DNA of 64,000 bases. Origin: Candidatus Poribacteria bacterium. Its GTDB lineage: Bacteria > Poribacteria > WGA-4E > JAJDTR01. The DNA lies in NCBI GenBank assembly GCA_965220415.1, contig OZ244829.1:2799483-2863482 (forward strand), written 5' to 3'. This document shows, piece by piece, positions 38,808 through 48,500 of this stretch. Both the position numbers and the translations under genes were made by a program. Numbering within the stretch: the first letter of the stretch is position 1; each line of letters opens with the position of its first letter. The notes below the pieces were generated by a model. That model made no database searches, was not told where the DNA came from, and saw nothing but the letters and a program-made list of their open reading frames with translations.

Positions 38808-40343
38808 TTACCGACTGAGGAATGTGAAACTGTACAGTTTGCTCCGATTCATCACGAACCGAAGTTTCACCTCTCCCTCGATTCTTGAGATATCCCCGGC
38901 TCTCCATTTGACCTGCCACCGCAACTCATCGCCGCTCAACGGAAGACAATCCTCCCGAGAAAAACCGTCCAACACTCGTCCATCCGCCCCGTAAAGTTCG
39001 ACTCGCACCTGCCCGCCTGCGGCATTCGCGTTCACTTCCAATCCAGCCGCATCCTCAGGCAGAGGGACAGTCTTTGTCGTGACCTCAGCGTCGTCCTGTG
39101 CGCTCAGCGCGACGAACCGGTGGCGTTTCCACGTGGCGCGCGCCAAACGCTTCACCCGTTTTTCCATGTTGACTTCGCCGTGCGTGTGCTCGCAGCCGGT
39201 GTAGTACCAGTGCACGTCGTCTCCATCGATTATCGGTTCCTTGGCAGTTCCGATAATCATGCCCCGGTCGAAGGCGTCCCCCTCCCCGCGCGGGATGACC
39301 GCTGTCCGCTCCCGGTCGGCGTGCGCCCAATTTATCCCGTCGCGGCTGCACACGATTTGCGAATCGATTGGCCCATCGCACGGCACCTGATTCCTCTGAC
39401 CGGAAATCTGCTCCGCCGTCACATACAAGGCGCCCACCAAGCCGAGATACAGGTTGTTGTACCGAAAACCGGACAGATTGTGAAATTCGGCACGTAACGC
39501 GCCGTATCTGCGGTGCCCAATCTCATCGTCCCAGTGCGTCGGCTCCAGCATAGGCAGCGAGTCCTTCCATGGTCCTTCGAGGGAGGGACTTTCGGTGTAG
39601 CAAATCACTCGGCGTTTGTCCTTGTCATCGAACCGCATAATCGAATACGCCCGAAAAATTTGGCTGTGGGGATCCCAAATCACATTGAACGTGCCCTCGT
39701 TCCCTCGATCCGAGACAGGCTCTATGTTGTCCTTGTCGTCCCAGTGGATGCCGTCCGGCGAGGTGATAAGGAAGATGTTGCGGTAGCGCCGGCAAAACCC
39801 GATAGCTTTGTATCTCTTGTTCGGATCCGCCTCCTCCCGATCGATAAACACCGATGCGCCGTGGAGATCCCAGATGATGTTGTTGTCGGGACTGCCGTCG
39901 AAGGTGAAGATGCCGAGATTCGGTTTGACCCAGTTGATTCCGTCATCGCTCTCCGCATAACACGTCAGGTCGCCCCGGTCGTTGTCCACAAAGGCTCGCC
40001 CATATTTGTCGTGTGTCACGCCGTTGCAGTTGTGCGGTTTCTCGTCGGTACGCGGCACGTACAAGCCCGGAATCTGATAGTTTCCCGCCGCCTCGCGCCA
40101 ATGCGGTCCCATCCGGGCGAAGTACCACATCCGGTATTTCCCCATGAGATCGTCGTAAAGCGTCGTGCCGTAGAGGTGGATGCGTTTGCTCATCCCGGGT
40201 CCGCAATACTCCCACGGCTTGTCCTTGTCTGGCTCCATGAGAATACCACTCTTCTTCCCGGGATGCACCTCTCTTTGAATGCCGCTCTCGGCGTCAATCA
40301 GTGCTTCGTCAAGCAGCAGCATACTCTCGTCAATTGACATCAA
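38808..40343 (-). CDS. Beta-propeller glycoside-hydrolase-like protein (paralog B, about 85% identical to paralog A)
   Basis: Collinear with 36960-38501, including the C-terminal KLYSFTF tail. Confidence 0.55.
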   Translation of the reverse strand: MMSIDESMLLLDEALIDAESGIQREVHPGKKSGILMEPDKDKPWEYCGPGMSKRIHLYGTTLYDDLMGKYRMWYFARMGPHWREAAGNYQIPGLYVPRTDEKPHNCNGVTHDKYGRAFVDNDRGDLTCYAESDDGINWVKPNLGIFTFDGSPDNNIIWDLHGASVFIDREEADPNKRYKAIGFCRRYRNIFLITSPDGIHWDDKDNIEPVSDRGNEGTFNVIWDPHSQIFRAYSIMRFDDKDKRRVICYTESPSLEGPWKDSLPMLEPTHWDDEIGHRRYGALRAEFHNLSGFRYNNLYLGLVGALYVTAEQISGQRNQVPCDGPIDSQIVCSRDGINWAHADRERTAVIPRGEGDAFDRGMIIGTAKEPIIDGDDVHWYYTGCEHTHGEVNMEKRVKRLARATWKRHRFVALSAQDDAEVTTKTVPLPEDAAGLEVNANAAGGQVRVELYGADGRVLDGFSREDCLPLSGDELRWQVKWRAGDISRIEGEVKLRFVMNRSKLYSFTFLSR

Positions 40344-40429
40344 ATAAAACTCCTCGTTATAAGCTTACGACGGATCGATAATAATTCCTCGCCAATCATG
40401 AAATCCAAAAAGGGCGGCGTAACGTCATC

Positions 40430-40545
40430 GTAGGGGCGAGGTTCCCTCGCCCAACGGGTTGGGGGGATCTCTATGGGATTTCTATCGCAGTCATTGTACA
40501 TTCCTTTGATCCTTCCTTACCCAGTCAGTTGATCCCATCCCTACG
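40430..40545. repeat. REP family-3 element followed by a REP family-2 cluster
   Basis: gtaggggcgaggttccctcgccc, then ggggggatctctatgggatttctatcgcagtc...cagtcagttgatcccatccctac. Confidence 0.65.
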
Positions 40546-40560
40546 GATGCCGGTGCGTGC

Positions 40561-41256
40561 CTATACGCAACTCGTCATTTCTTGCAAACGCGCCGGCAGC
40601 TTTTCATAAACGCTTTGCTTCACCAAGGGCCACGAATCTTTGGGACGGTGGATGTACCGCGGCAGGTAAAAGACGTTGACCGTACCTCGATGCCGGTCCC
40701 GGCTGGTGTTCTGTCCGCGCCCGTGCCAGACGCCTGGACGCATGAGGAATACGGATCCCTTGCTGCCGAGCACCGGAACCTCCTGCGGATAGCTGGATCG
40801 CGTCGGGGGCCGCCGCGTGTGGTGACTGAACGGTACGACCACGGTTGCTCCGTTGTCCGGCGTGTAATCGGTGAGCATCCAGAACACCTGCAACGCGGTG
40901 GGAAATGCGGGCCACGGTTGAGGCATCCAGGACAACGGAACGTCCGCGTGCAGTCCTTGGGGCGGGGCACCGGGTTCGGTCAGTGTAACATCCACGTTGT
41001 TGGCGAGGATAAACCCCTCGCCAAGCTCGTGTTCCGCAATCTCAAGGATTGTCGGGTGGATACACAGCGGCGCGAGTTGAGGCACGTCGTTGAGTGCGCC
41101 TCCCAGATGATAGAATTTCGGTTCGGGCATCTTCATCCAAGGACGCGACAATTCGGCGAGTCGGTCCGCCTCCGCCGGATCCAATAGCCCCTCCAACACA
41201 CAGTAGCCCTCTTCTGCCAACCGAATTGTGGCTTCTTCCGCGCCAATCACGACCAC
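40561..41256 (-). CDS. Phytanoyl-CoA dioxygenase (PhyH) family Fe(II)/2-oxoglutarate oxygenase
   Basis: GLHADVP (H.D). DNGATVVVPFSH. GVWHGRGQNTSRDRHRG, which supplies the second His and the Arg. Confidence 0.6.
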   Translation of the reverse strand: MVVIGAEEATIRLAEEGYCVLEGLLDPAEADRLAELSRPWMKMPEPKFYHLGGALNDVPQLAPLCIHPTILEIAEHELGEGFILANNVDVTLTEPGAPPQGLHADVPLSWMPQPWPAFPTALQVFWMLTDYTPDNGATVVVPFSHHTRRPPTRSSYPQEVPVLGSKGSVFLMRPGVWHGRGQNTSRDRHRGTVNVFYLPRYIHRPKDSWPLVKQSVYEKLPARLQEMTSCV

Positions 41257-41594
41257 AGAATCTCCTCGTTCCGTCTAAGTACGACTTTGTATAGTCGTAG
41301 AATACGCACTACGATCAAGGAAATCGCGGGATGCACTAGCAGTTGTAGGGGTTGGGTCCCCCAACCCGTTGGACACCTTCCTTGATATATGCGCCCGCCT
41401 AACATAAATGTCAACAGTGCCATACAAACATGTAGGTTGGGTTGAACGGAAATCCGAAAGAAATCGCGCACAGAATGAAGATTTCAAATCTTTCATTCTA
41501 TCCGAAAACGGAAGTGACTCAAGTGAAACCCAACGCTTCATTGGCCGCACGTTCAGTCTTTGCATCAATACACTTGAATCTCAGAGAAACAGCA

Positions 41595-42461
41595 CTAAAA
41601 CCTACGCTTCAACTTACCCCAGGTGGTCGCCAACTTCCCCGCCGGATTAACCGCGAACGAACCGTGCACATCTTGCTCAATTTCAGCGTCGCTTAACGCC
41701 TGATCATACACTCGGTAGACAGATATTGAACAATTGCAAGTTCGATGCGCTTCCGGCCGGCTATGAGAGAAGATGGCGTGCAAGTTCATATGATGCTTTT
41801 TGTTCCACTTTACCGTCGTCCGGCTCTCGGAAACCTTCTCGCCATTGATGTAACAGGTGAGGCTATCCCCGCTTCTGAACACCAGATGCACCCAGTGCCA
41901 CTTGCCTTGATCAAATGACATCTGCGTCTGACCGACCCGAAGATCGGCGCGTGCCCCGATAGCGCCCTGGGCGATGCTAACGTTTTGGAAGCCCCCGCCG
42001 TTTTGGTCTAACCATATTCGCACGTTTTGCACCTGTTCTCTCGGATTCGCCTGCAGCCCGACTAGATGGTGTTCCTCTCGGATTAAGCCGCCGTTAATTC
42101 TCAGCAGCAGTCCCATTGTGAAGTCCTCAAGGTTGACAATAGGGACATCACCTCCCGGTGCGGCATTGCTGAATGTCGAACCGGATTTCTCCGCCGTATA
42201 CCATTTGGTGTCCTGTTTGAATCGGATAGCTGGAATCTCGATAAAACCCTCTTCCAATTTCGGGTTTCCCGTCCGTTCCACTTCGCCGCCAGCAGTGCCC
42301 GCATTTCTCCAAGCTTTATCGCCGCCTTTCTGATCGGTTTTTAGGGCGTCAAAGTCGAGCACAGGCGCAGGACCTGCCTGAGCGTGCGCCGCTGAGAATG
42401 ATAGGATAAGGTTTAACGCCATGCCAAGCACGGCAATTATGCATACCGTGTAGTTTCGCAT
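41595..42461 (-). CDS. Hypothetical secreted protein (possible jelly-roll/lectin-like fold)
   Basis: Signal peptide MRNYTVCIIAVLGMALNLILSFSAAHAQ. C-terminal tag ...PAGKLATTWGKLKRRF, shared with 25069-26115. Confidence 0.55.
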   Translation of the reverse strand: MRNYTVCIIAVLGMALNLILSFSAAHAQAGPAPVLDFDALKTDQKGGDKAWRNAGTAGGEVERTGNPKLEEGFIEIPAIRFKQDTKWYTAEKSGSTFSNAAPGGDVPIVNLEDFTMGLLLRINGGLIREEHHLVGLQANPREQVQNVRIWLDQNGGGFQNVSIAQGAIGARADLRVGQTQMSFDQGKWHWVHLVFRSGDSLTCYINGEKVSESRTTVKWNKKHHMNLHAIFSHSRPEAHRTCNCSISVYRVYDQALSDAEIEQDVHGSFAVNPAGKLATTWGKLKRRF

Positions 42462-42561
42462 CTAATAACCTCCGTTATGGTTGTTTCGACTGTTGTCAAG
42501 ATGTTCGAGTGATGCTCGGTTAAATTTCCTCACAATATTTACTTCAATACGAAAACTCGCT

Positions 42562-43986
42562 TTACGTGCTTAAATCAAACCCGAACGAATACAATTTTGC
42601 GCCGTTCATGCTGAACTCAACGCGCAACTCTTCATTCTCCACAGAACCAAGCGAAAAACCGTTCCGCCACGCGGCAACCCCGTCCGTAACTGTCTCCTCT
42701 ATCGGCTCGCTCTCGGCGACCAGCCCGTCGTCGGCTTTATTCAAAAAGCGCACCTTCACCGACCCGACGCCGTAAACATCCGCGCTCAGGTGAAGTTCGC
42801 TTCCCGTGATCGCCATCGGCTTGGTGGTGACAACCGCGGGCACTTTGGCAGAGATTTGCTCGTATCCCGCGAACCCGTCCGGGCGCAGCCGAGCCAAGCA
42901 GAGAAACCCGTCACGCCAGCCGAAATGCAGCCAGTTGCTCGCGCCGTAGTAGAGACGGATCTCGTTTTCAAGGATGATTGGGTAGGCGGACGAATAGGCG
43001 CACCCCCAGTCGTACGTTCCCACCTCATCGCTGTTCGGTATGAGCGGCGATCCCGGACACACAAAACTCCAGTTAATCGTGTCGGGACTCCACGCCAACT
43101 CCGTCCACGCCCTGTCCGTCCGTTGGTTGTGGATGACCGGCAGCCCAAGATACACGTTCCCATGGCGGAAGACCGGCATGGAGTATATTTGCAAGTTCTC
43201 GTCCACTCCCTGCATGACCGCAGTGGCCTGCGTCCAATTGACAAAATCCTTGCTCCCAGTCCGTCCCACCTGCCGCGGCGGCCACGCGCCGTGAAGCGCC
43301 ATCACCTCCTTTGGACCATCGTCGCACGGGTCGCGCATCCGTGTGAACCCGGCATACTCCCCCAACTCCTCGACCCACAGGACATTATAATGCGTGCCGT
43401 CAACCCGATAGGGGTTAATCGTCGGGCACAAGGTTGACGGCGTCCACCTAACTCCGTCTGGCGAGAACGAGACACCCAACCCCTTCCGTCCGCACGAGGT
43501 GAGTATCTTGTAGCGCTTCGCCGGATCCGGTTCACGATCCTCCTTCAAAACGCCCGATCCGTGCACGGTGCGGATGACGAGATTATTCTCCGTGCTCCGG
43601 TCAAATTCGACGAGCCCGAGTTCCGGCTTGTCCCACACGATTCCGTCATCGGAGGTGGCATAGCACAATCCCATCTCCCTACCCTTCGGAGGGTTGTACT
43701 CCCTCCGCTGCCGCTCCGCCAAGCCGATGTCCTTGGCTGGAAGATCGGAGATGAAAGGGCTGTACCAGCATTTGTATAACCCTTCTTCCCGGTCATACAT
43801 CACATTCGGGTACAGGTTGTCGAACCGTTGCTCCCACGGCTTATCCTCGCCGAAGAGAGGATTGCGCGTATCCTTCTCCGTCGGCGAAACGACCAGCTTC
43901 GCATTCTTCGCCCTCTCCGTGATGCGCGTGTCTAGTAATAGGTGTCTGCTACCCAATTCGACCTCCGCTCCAAATACATTCTTCAA
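42562..43986 (-). CDS. Beta-propeller glycoside-hydrolase-like protein (distant paralog C of 36960/38808)
   Basis: Shares motifs WYSPF, CYATSDDGIVW, PAKRYKIL and FSPDGVRW. C-terminal KLYSFGF tail. Confidence 0.55.
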   Translation of the reverse strand: MKNVFGAEVELGSRHLLLDTRITERAKNAKLVVSPTEKDTRNPLFGEDKPWEQRFDNLYPNVMYDREEGLYKCWYSPFISDLPAKDIGLAERQRREYNPPKGREMGLCYATSDDGIVWDKPELGLVEFDRSTENNLVIRTVHGSGVLKEDREPDPAKRYKILTSCGRKGLGVSFSPDGVRWTPSTLCPTINPYRVDGTHYNVLWVEELGEYAGFTRMRDPCDDGPKEVMALHGAWPPRQVGRTGSKDFVNWTQATAVMQGVDENLQIYSMPVFRHGNVYLGLPVIHNQRTDRAWTELAWSPDTINWSFVCPGSPLIPNSDEVGTYDWGCAYSSAYPIILENEIRLYYGASNWLHFGWRDGFLCLARLRPDGFAGYEQISAKVPAVVTTKPMAITGSELHLSADVYGVGSVKVRFLNKADDGLVAESEPIEETVTDGVAAWRNGFSLGSVENEELRVEFSMNGAKLYSFGFDLST

Positions 43987-44055
43987 TCATGAAATAATAA
44001 GTCTGCTGGCGACAATCTCTCGATTGTTCATCTGCTAATTGTCCGTCAACTTACA

Positions 44056-44076
44056 GGGCTGTCGGTGAAGGTGTTG
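44056..44076. repeat. Conserved 21-nt element GGGCTGTCGGTGAAGGTGTTG, 3' of nuclease gene 1
   Basis: Identical copy at 46338-46358, 3' of nuclease gene 2. Confidence 0.6.
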
Positions 44077-44112
44077 GCAGTTCTGAAATCCATCTTGGGT
44101 AACTACCACGAT

Positions 44113-44637
44113 TTATCGTTTCGCTCTGATTGAGGCAGTCGTGAAGGATCTCAGGCTTCTTTTTAAGGCGCTCGCTAAGTTTTTAGGGTCATCGCAGCGC
44201 GCTGTTTCAATAGTCATGGGGGTGCCGCCGAAGTTGACCTTTTTGACGTTAAGCACTTTGAACTGTTTCTTGTGCATACCTCGATCGTGGATTAGGACGG
44301 GTAGACAACAAATGGGGGATGGAACTTCCGGAGCAAAACGACTGACAAAATCAGCGCCTCGTTGCAATTGCTCAAACGCCTCGGATGTGTCGACACTGCC
44401 GCTCTTAAGTTCAATCGGAACGGTAATTAACATGTCCTCCGCGATATTCATGAAAAAGAGGATGCAGTCACATCGCTTGCCTTCAATCTTATGACTCGGG
44501 AATGCCTTATTTGCGTCAACGATAACTCGAGGGAAAGGCACACCGTCCATTGATGCTTTGCACCCACTTTCCTCACACGAATCACAAAGGTTTTCTTGTC
44601 TCACTCTGGTCCGAATCTCTTCAAGAATCTCATTCAC
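44113..44637 (-). CDS. Small zinc-ribbon protein with a putative PD-(D/E)xK nuclease motif (partner of ATPase 44630-46225)
   Basis: The track ORF extends to 44709. The GTG at 44637 gives an N-terminus collinear with paralog 46390-46854 and the overlap GTGAATGA with the ATPase stop. Cys cluster CDSCEESGC. Candidate PD-(D/E)xK residues: D in KRCDCILF, then ITVPIELK. Confidence 0.5.
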   Translation of the reverse strand: MNEILEEIRTRVRQENLCDSCEESGCKASMDGVPFPRVIVDANKAFPSHKIEGKRCDCILFFMNIAEDMLITVPIELKSGSVDTSEAFEQLQRGADFVSRFAPEVPSPICCLPVLIHDRGMHKKQFKVLNVKKVNFGGTPMTIETARCDDPKNLASALKRSLRSFTTASIRAKR

Positions 44638-46225
44638 CCCGGTATTTCGCTCCTGCCGCTGTTTCCGCGAGTTGGTTCTGCAGGCCTGCCGACCGTTTGT
44701 AAAGTTCATCAGCTACATCTTCGTATTCTCTAGGTTCCACCCCTTCGATGCGGTCAAACGGGATTTCCTCCACCGTTGAGCCCGCGGAGGATCTATCCTT
44801 GCGGAACAACCAAACTCCCACGTCGTTCCGCTGGAGCGAACTTGGAAGGGGTTGCTCGTTGATGGGCTCACCGATCTTTTCTTCCAACTCCCCTTCACGT
44901 ATCAGGTTTCCAATTTCCATAAGCAACCAGTCGCTGTGTGTCGTAACCACTACCTGCACCCCGGCACGCACCAAACGCCCCAGCGTCTTCGCCATCTCGG
45001 TCTGGGCAGCGGGATGAAGATGCGCTTCCGGCTCTTCAATGATGAGCATATCGCCGCGGGAAATGGTGCTGCGAAGGAGTAGCACAACAGGGGCGAGTTC
45101 CGACACCATGGACGACGCACGAGCCAAGCGGATATTCTCCTCCGTTTTCTGTGGCCGATATACGAAGTCTGGATACCCGCCTGCTGAGGCTCTGTTGGTT
45201 TGGATCTGCCCGTCAAGCACCTCGCGTTCAAGTGTATTGGCCAGGTCCTTCATGAGATTGTCGGATACAAGTTTCTCTTCGTAAAGGATAAGTTGCTGCA
45301 GGAAATCTGCCATTACGCCAGAGAACGTCGGGACTTCCGGAAAGCCTTCCAGCCCAACGCGAGTGGCACGTGCCACAAGCGAACTCGCGATGACGCGATG
45401 GCTCTGCATGATTCCGCTTCGGGCCGCTGGTAGGTAATGTGCTGTCCCTTGTCCGTTTACGGCACCGACAGCGATCAAGAGGTGCAAAACGAAGTCTTCA
45501 AATATGGCCCCACCGTCCGACGATGCGTTGTCTTCCAACTTTTCTCGTATCGACTCCCGAACGTGGTTGGTGACCCACTGGTGTTTTGAATCTGACCATG
45601 TTGCAGGAAGGAGGTCCATATTCTCAATACTCCCATTCGTGGTGATACGCGATTCTGAAATGTCCATGTGCAAATGCCAGAGAGGTTGTCCTCCTTTGGC
45701 CGCAGCCAGTGCCAATTTCATCTTGTCGGAGTGCCTTGTTAATCGAAACAGATCCACTATTGACTCAAGATCAAAACAGCGCTTAAGTTCGGCCTGCAGA
45801 AGCGTACCCCACAACTTCGGATCCTTGTGCGCAGACTGCCAGATGTCGCGCATGCCTAGAGGTAGATCTGAAAAACAAAATGGCCGTCCCTCCACATCTA
45901 GTTTAGTAAGAACATCATGGAACTCTTCCTTTCGCACGTTGATGTCCTTCATTGACGCTTTAGCATGTCTGAAGCGCCGCCAAAGGTGAAATCGATGGTC
46001 CTCTACAATTGGAAGCAGTGAGAATCCATTGAGAATTTTGTGCAATGCGTATATCAACGTGGCAAAATAAGTCTTACCGGTGTTGCTCGGACCGACGAAC
46101 ACAGTCAGCGGCCTCAGGTCTATACTGCCATTCACGATAGGGCCGAAATCCTCCGCCGAAATCCGAACGTTTGGAAGTGTCGAAATCTGCGTTCCCCTAG
46201 TCTTGGTATTCCTACCAGTTTTCAT
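44630..46225 (-). CDS. ABC-type AAA_15/AAA_21-family ATPase (Septu PtuA / PARIS AriA-like defense ATPase)
   Basis: RBS gggag upstream. N-terminus NFGPIV..DLRPLTVFVGPSNTGKTY (Walker A). C-terminal Walker B/D-loop LIIEEPEAHLHP and H-loop VVTTHS. Confidence 0.75.
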   Translation of the reverse strand: MKTGRNTKTRGTQISTLPNVRISAEDFGPIVNGSIDLRPLTVFVGPSNTGKTYFATLIYALHKILNGFSLLPIVEDHRFHLWRRFRHAKASMKDINVRKEEFHDVLTKLDVEGRPFCFSDLPLGMRDIWQSAHKDPKLWGTLLQAELKRCFDLESIVDLFRLTRHSDKMKLALAAAKGGQPLWHLHMDISESRITTNGSIENMDLLPATWSDSKHQWVTNHVRESIREKLEDNASSDGGAIFEDFVLHLLIAVGAVNGQGTAHYLPAARSGIMQSHRVIASSLVARATRVGLEGFPEVPTFSGVMADFLQQLILYEEKLVSDNLMKDLANTLEREVLDGQIQTNRASAGGYPDFVYRPQKTEENIRLARASSMVSELAPVVLLLRSTISRGDMLIIEEPEAHLHPAAQTEMAKTLGRLVRAGVQVVVTTHSDWLLMEIGNLIREGELEEKIGEPINEQPLPSSLQRNDVGVWLFRKDRSSAGSTVEEIPFDRIEGVEPREYEDVADELYKRSAGLQNQLAETAAGAKYRGE

Positions 46226-46337
46226 TGTGAGTCTCCCGTTTTTGAGCGAGTCTTCAGCAGTAACATTTTCTCCTGATGTATTTGAAGATTAATGGCCGTG
46301 GTTGTCACTTTTTTCTACTCTTGCCCGGCAGCTTGAT

Positions 46338-46358
46338 GGGGCTGTCGGTGAAGGTGTT
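46338..46358. repeat. Conserved 21-nt element GGGCTGTCGGTGAAGGTGTTG, 3' of nuclease gene 2
   Basis: Identical to 44056-44076. Confidence 0.6.
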
Positions 46359-46389
46359 GAAAACTCAAAAGTCCAAGAGTCTTAGGGAG

Positions 46390-46854
46390 CTAGAGGTCTT
46401 TCTCCAAACTTATTACGCGTTCACGCAAGAGAATAAACTCCCGGTGTTGCCGAAACTTTACTCTATTCCTCTTTTCCCTGAAAGAAATCACCTCAGCCCG
46501 CCTGAATTGACCGTCGTAGACTGCAACGGGTTTGAATTTAACCTTTACGCCGTTGGGAACAATCTTTTCCGCAACGGAGGCGCCAGCGCGAAGTTGTGAC
46601 ACAATCTTACTTGCCTTGGGTCTGCCCTTCAATTCGATGGGTACAACCCAATCGTCGCCGCTGCACTCGCCGATGAAGAGAAAATCACAGTGTTCTCGAT
46701 CCTTTGGAGCCGGCGATTTCGAACAATCCATGTTAATAACGACGAATAAACACGGATTGTTTGGGAGGCCTACTTTGCACTGTCTGTTTTCACACTTGGT
46801 CGTGAGACATTCCTCCGAGACCCTAGCGCGGACGGCGTTTGCGAGACTGCTCAT
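46390..46854 (-). CDS. Small zinc-ribbon protein with a putative PD-(D/E)xK nuclease motif (partner of ATPase 46851-48401)
   Basis: ATGA start/stop overlap with the upstream ATPase. N-terminus RARVSEECLTTKCENRQCK aligns with nuclease 1. Candidate PD-(D/E)xK residues: D in HCDFLF, then VVPIELK. Confidence 0.5.
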   Translation of the reverse strand: MSSLANAVRARVSEECLTTKCENRQCKVGLPNNPCLFVVINMDCSKSPAPKDREHCDFLFIGECSGDDWVVPIELKGRPKASKIVSQLRAGASVAEKIVPNGVKVKFKPVAVYDGQFRRAEVISFREKRNRVKFRQHREFILLRERVISLEKDL

Positions 46855-48401
46855 TCGCCTTCCCTTTTATCCGTGAGGCTTGTCATCTCGGCCCACCGGT
46901 TGTAGTTATTGACAGCGACCTTGTCATAGCCGGCAGCAAAGGTTCCCGATTCCCGATTCAGCGGAATCTCCTCCACGACTGAACCCTTGGGGCGTTTCTT
47001 GGGCCGGAACAACCATGCTCCCACCTCATTCTCGTTGAGTGCGATGTCACTACTGTTGATTTCTTTCCGCTGGGTTTTAGTTAATGCCGAGGCTTGGACC
47101 AGATTGGCGAGTTCCTCAAGCACCCACTCGCTATGGGTTGTCATGATTACCCTAATACCTGACCTCACAGCGGTCGCTAGAATGCGTGTGAACTCGACCT
47201 GCATTTCTGGGTGCAGGTGCGATTCCGGCTCCTCAATAATTAGGACGTCACCTTTCCGGACAACATGACGCAGGTACAACACCACCGGTGCTAACTCGGA
47301 AACCATTGACGAGGTGCGCATCATCGGCAGACTTTCCTTCCAACCGCGCGGACGATAGAAAAAGGATGAATAGGGAGTCTCCAGTTTCGCCCTTTCTTCA
47401 TGATGCACAGCACCTCCGAGTAGCGTTTTTTCGAGGTGGGATGCAAGGTGTTCACTGCGTCGACGTCGATCGCGCGGTAGATCGTCCAACGCTATCAGTT
47501 GCTCCAAGAAATCAGCTAAGACACCGGAGAGCATCGGTACTGGCGACGCCGATCGGATGCCGGCACTTGCCGCGCGTTCGACTAGAGCGCTGACTACCAC
47601 CCGATGTGCGTGCATCACTCCCGCACGGTCCGCAGGGAGGTAATGAGCGGGGGAACCTACTGGACCGACGATATAAGGGAAAACGGCGTCTATGAGTGTC
47701 TTAGGCAGTATGACTCCCACATGTCCTTCTATCGCGGAACTGGTATACTCCCAATCCATTTCGTAGACATCGCTACCATAATATAGCGGCCGTTCTGCGT
47801 GCATTGATGTCGAAAGACGAGTTGCGCCTCCCTTGGATAGGTCGAGTTTGTAGACAAAGAGGTTTTCTCTTTCCCTCTTTGTTCCCACGTATCTGCGAAG
47901 AGAAACCTGTGCGGCGGTTGTACCGGGACTACGAACCAACTGGCCAGGTGATTGAAGACCGAAACAACGGGAGATTTCATCTCGAGCAATCTCGTCCGAA
48001 ACACCCTCGGTGTCAAACAGAGGTCGAACTAAAGCAGCAACGCTTTCCGGCATTGCATACCAAAGTCTGCGTTGGCCTCGTGCCGGTCTTTCCTCGTTGA
48101 ATAATCCGTGTACCCATTCAGTCAATTCTCCGAGGCCTTTACTTGAGGACAGTATCCGCTCCTTCCGCGGACTTCTCCATACGTGAGGTGGATAGCGTTC
48201 AAAGGCACTGTGTCGCCAAGAAGGCCGCCTCGTCGCTGACCCACCAAATAAGCGATGCAACGCATAAATCATTATGGCAAGATACGATTTGCCAGTGTTG
48301 CTCGGGCCAACGAACAGTGTAAATGGCCGCAAGTCAACATTAGCTTCAACGATAGGACCGAAATTCGTCACCTCTATTTCAAGGGCGTCTGAAATTTTCA
48401 T
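46851..48401 (-). CDS. ABC-type AAA_15/AAA_21-family ATPase, paralog of 44630-46225 (about 60-65% identity)
   Basis: NFGPIVEANVDLRPFTLFVGPSNTGKSY. C-terminal LIIEEPESHLHP...VIMTTHS. Confidence 0.75.
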   Translation of the reverse strand: MKISDALEIEVTNFGPIVEANVDLRPFTLFVGPSNTGKSYLAIMIYALHRLFGGSATRRPSWRHSAFERYPPHVWRSPRKERILSSSKGLGELTEWVHGLFNEERPARGQRRLWYAMPESVAALVRPLFDTEGVSDEIARDEISRCFGLQSPGQLVRSPGTTAAQVSLRRYVGTKRERENLFVYKLDLSKGGATRLSTSMHAERPLYYGSDVYEMDWEYTSSAIEGHVGVILPKTLIDAVFPYIVGPVGSPAHYLPADRAGVMHAHRVVVSALVERAASAGIRSASPVPMLSGVLADFLEQLIALDDLPRDRRRRSEHLASHLEKTLLGGAVHHEERAKLETPYSSFFYRPRGWKESLPMMRTSSMVSELAPVVLYLRHVVRKGDVLIIEEPESHLHPEMQVEFTRILATAVRSGIRVIMTTHSEWVLEELANLVQASALTKTQRKEINSSDIALNENEVGAWLFRPKKRPKGSVVEEIPLNRESGTFAAGYDKVAVNNYNRWAEMTSLTDKREGE

Positions 48402-48500
48402 GGTTTATGCCTCGTATTGTATCTGCCCATTGTCATTGTTTGTTCACACTCGTGATATATGAAACACCCATGCAATATCAAGTTCTAACTGATAATGGAC

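Noticed and set aside
39513-40337. 274-aa plus-strand ORF
   Set aside because: It is an antisense shadow of paralog B (38808-40343).
44630-44709. ATG 44709 as the start of the small nuclease-like gene (80-nt overlap with the ATPase)
   Set aside because: Alignment with the paralogous small protein starts at GTG 44637. That start gives the same short coupled overlap (GTGAATGA) as the ATGA junction in cassette 2. The 24 extra N-terminal residues have no counterpart.
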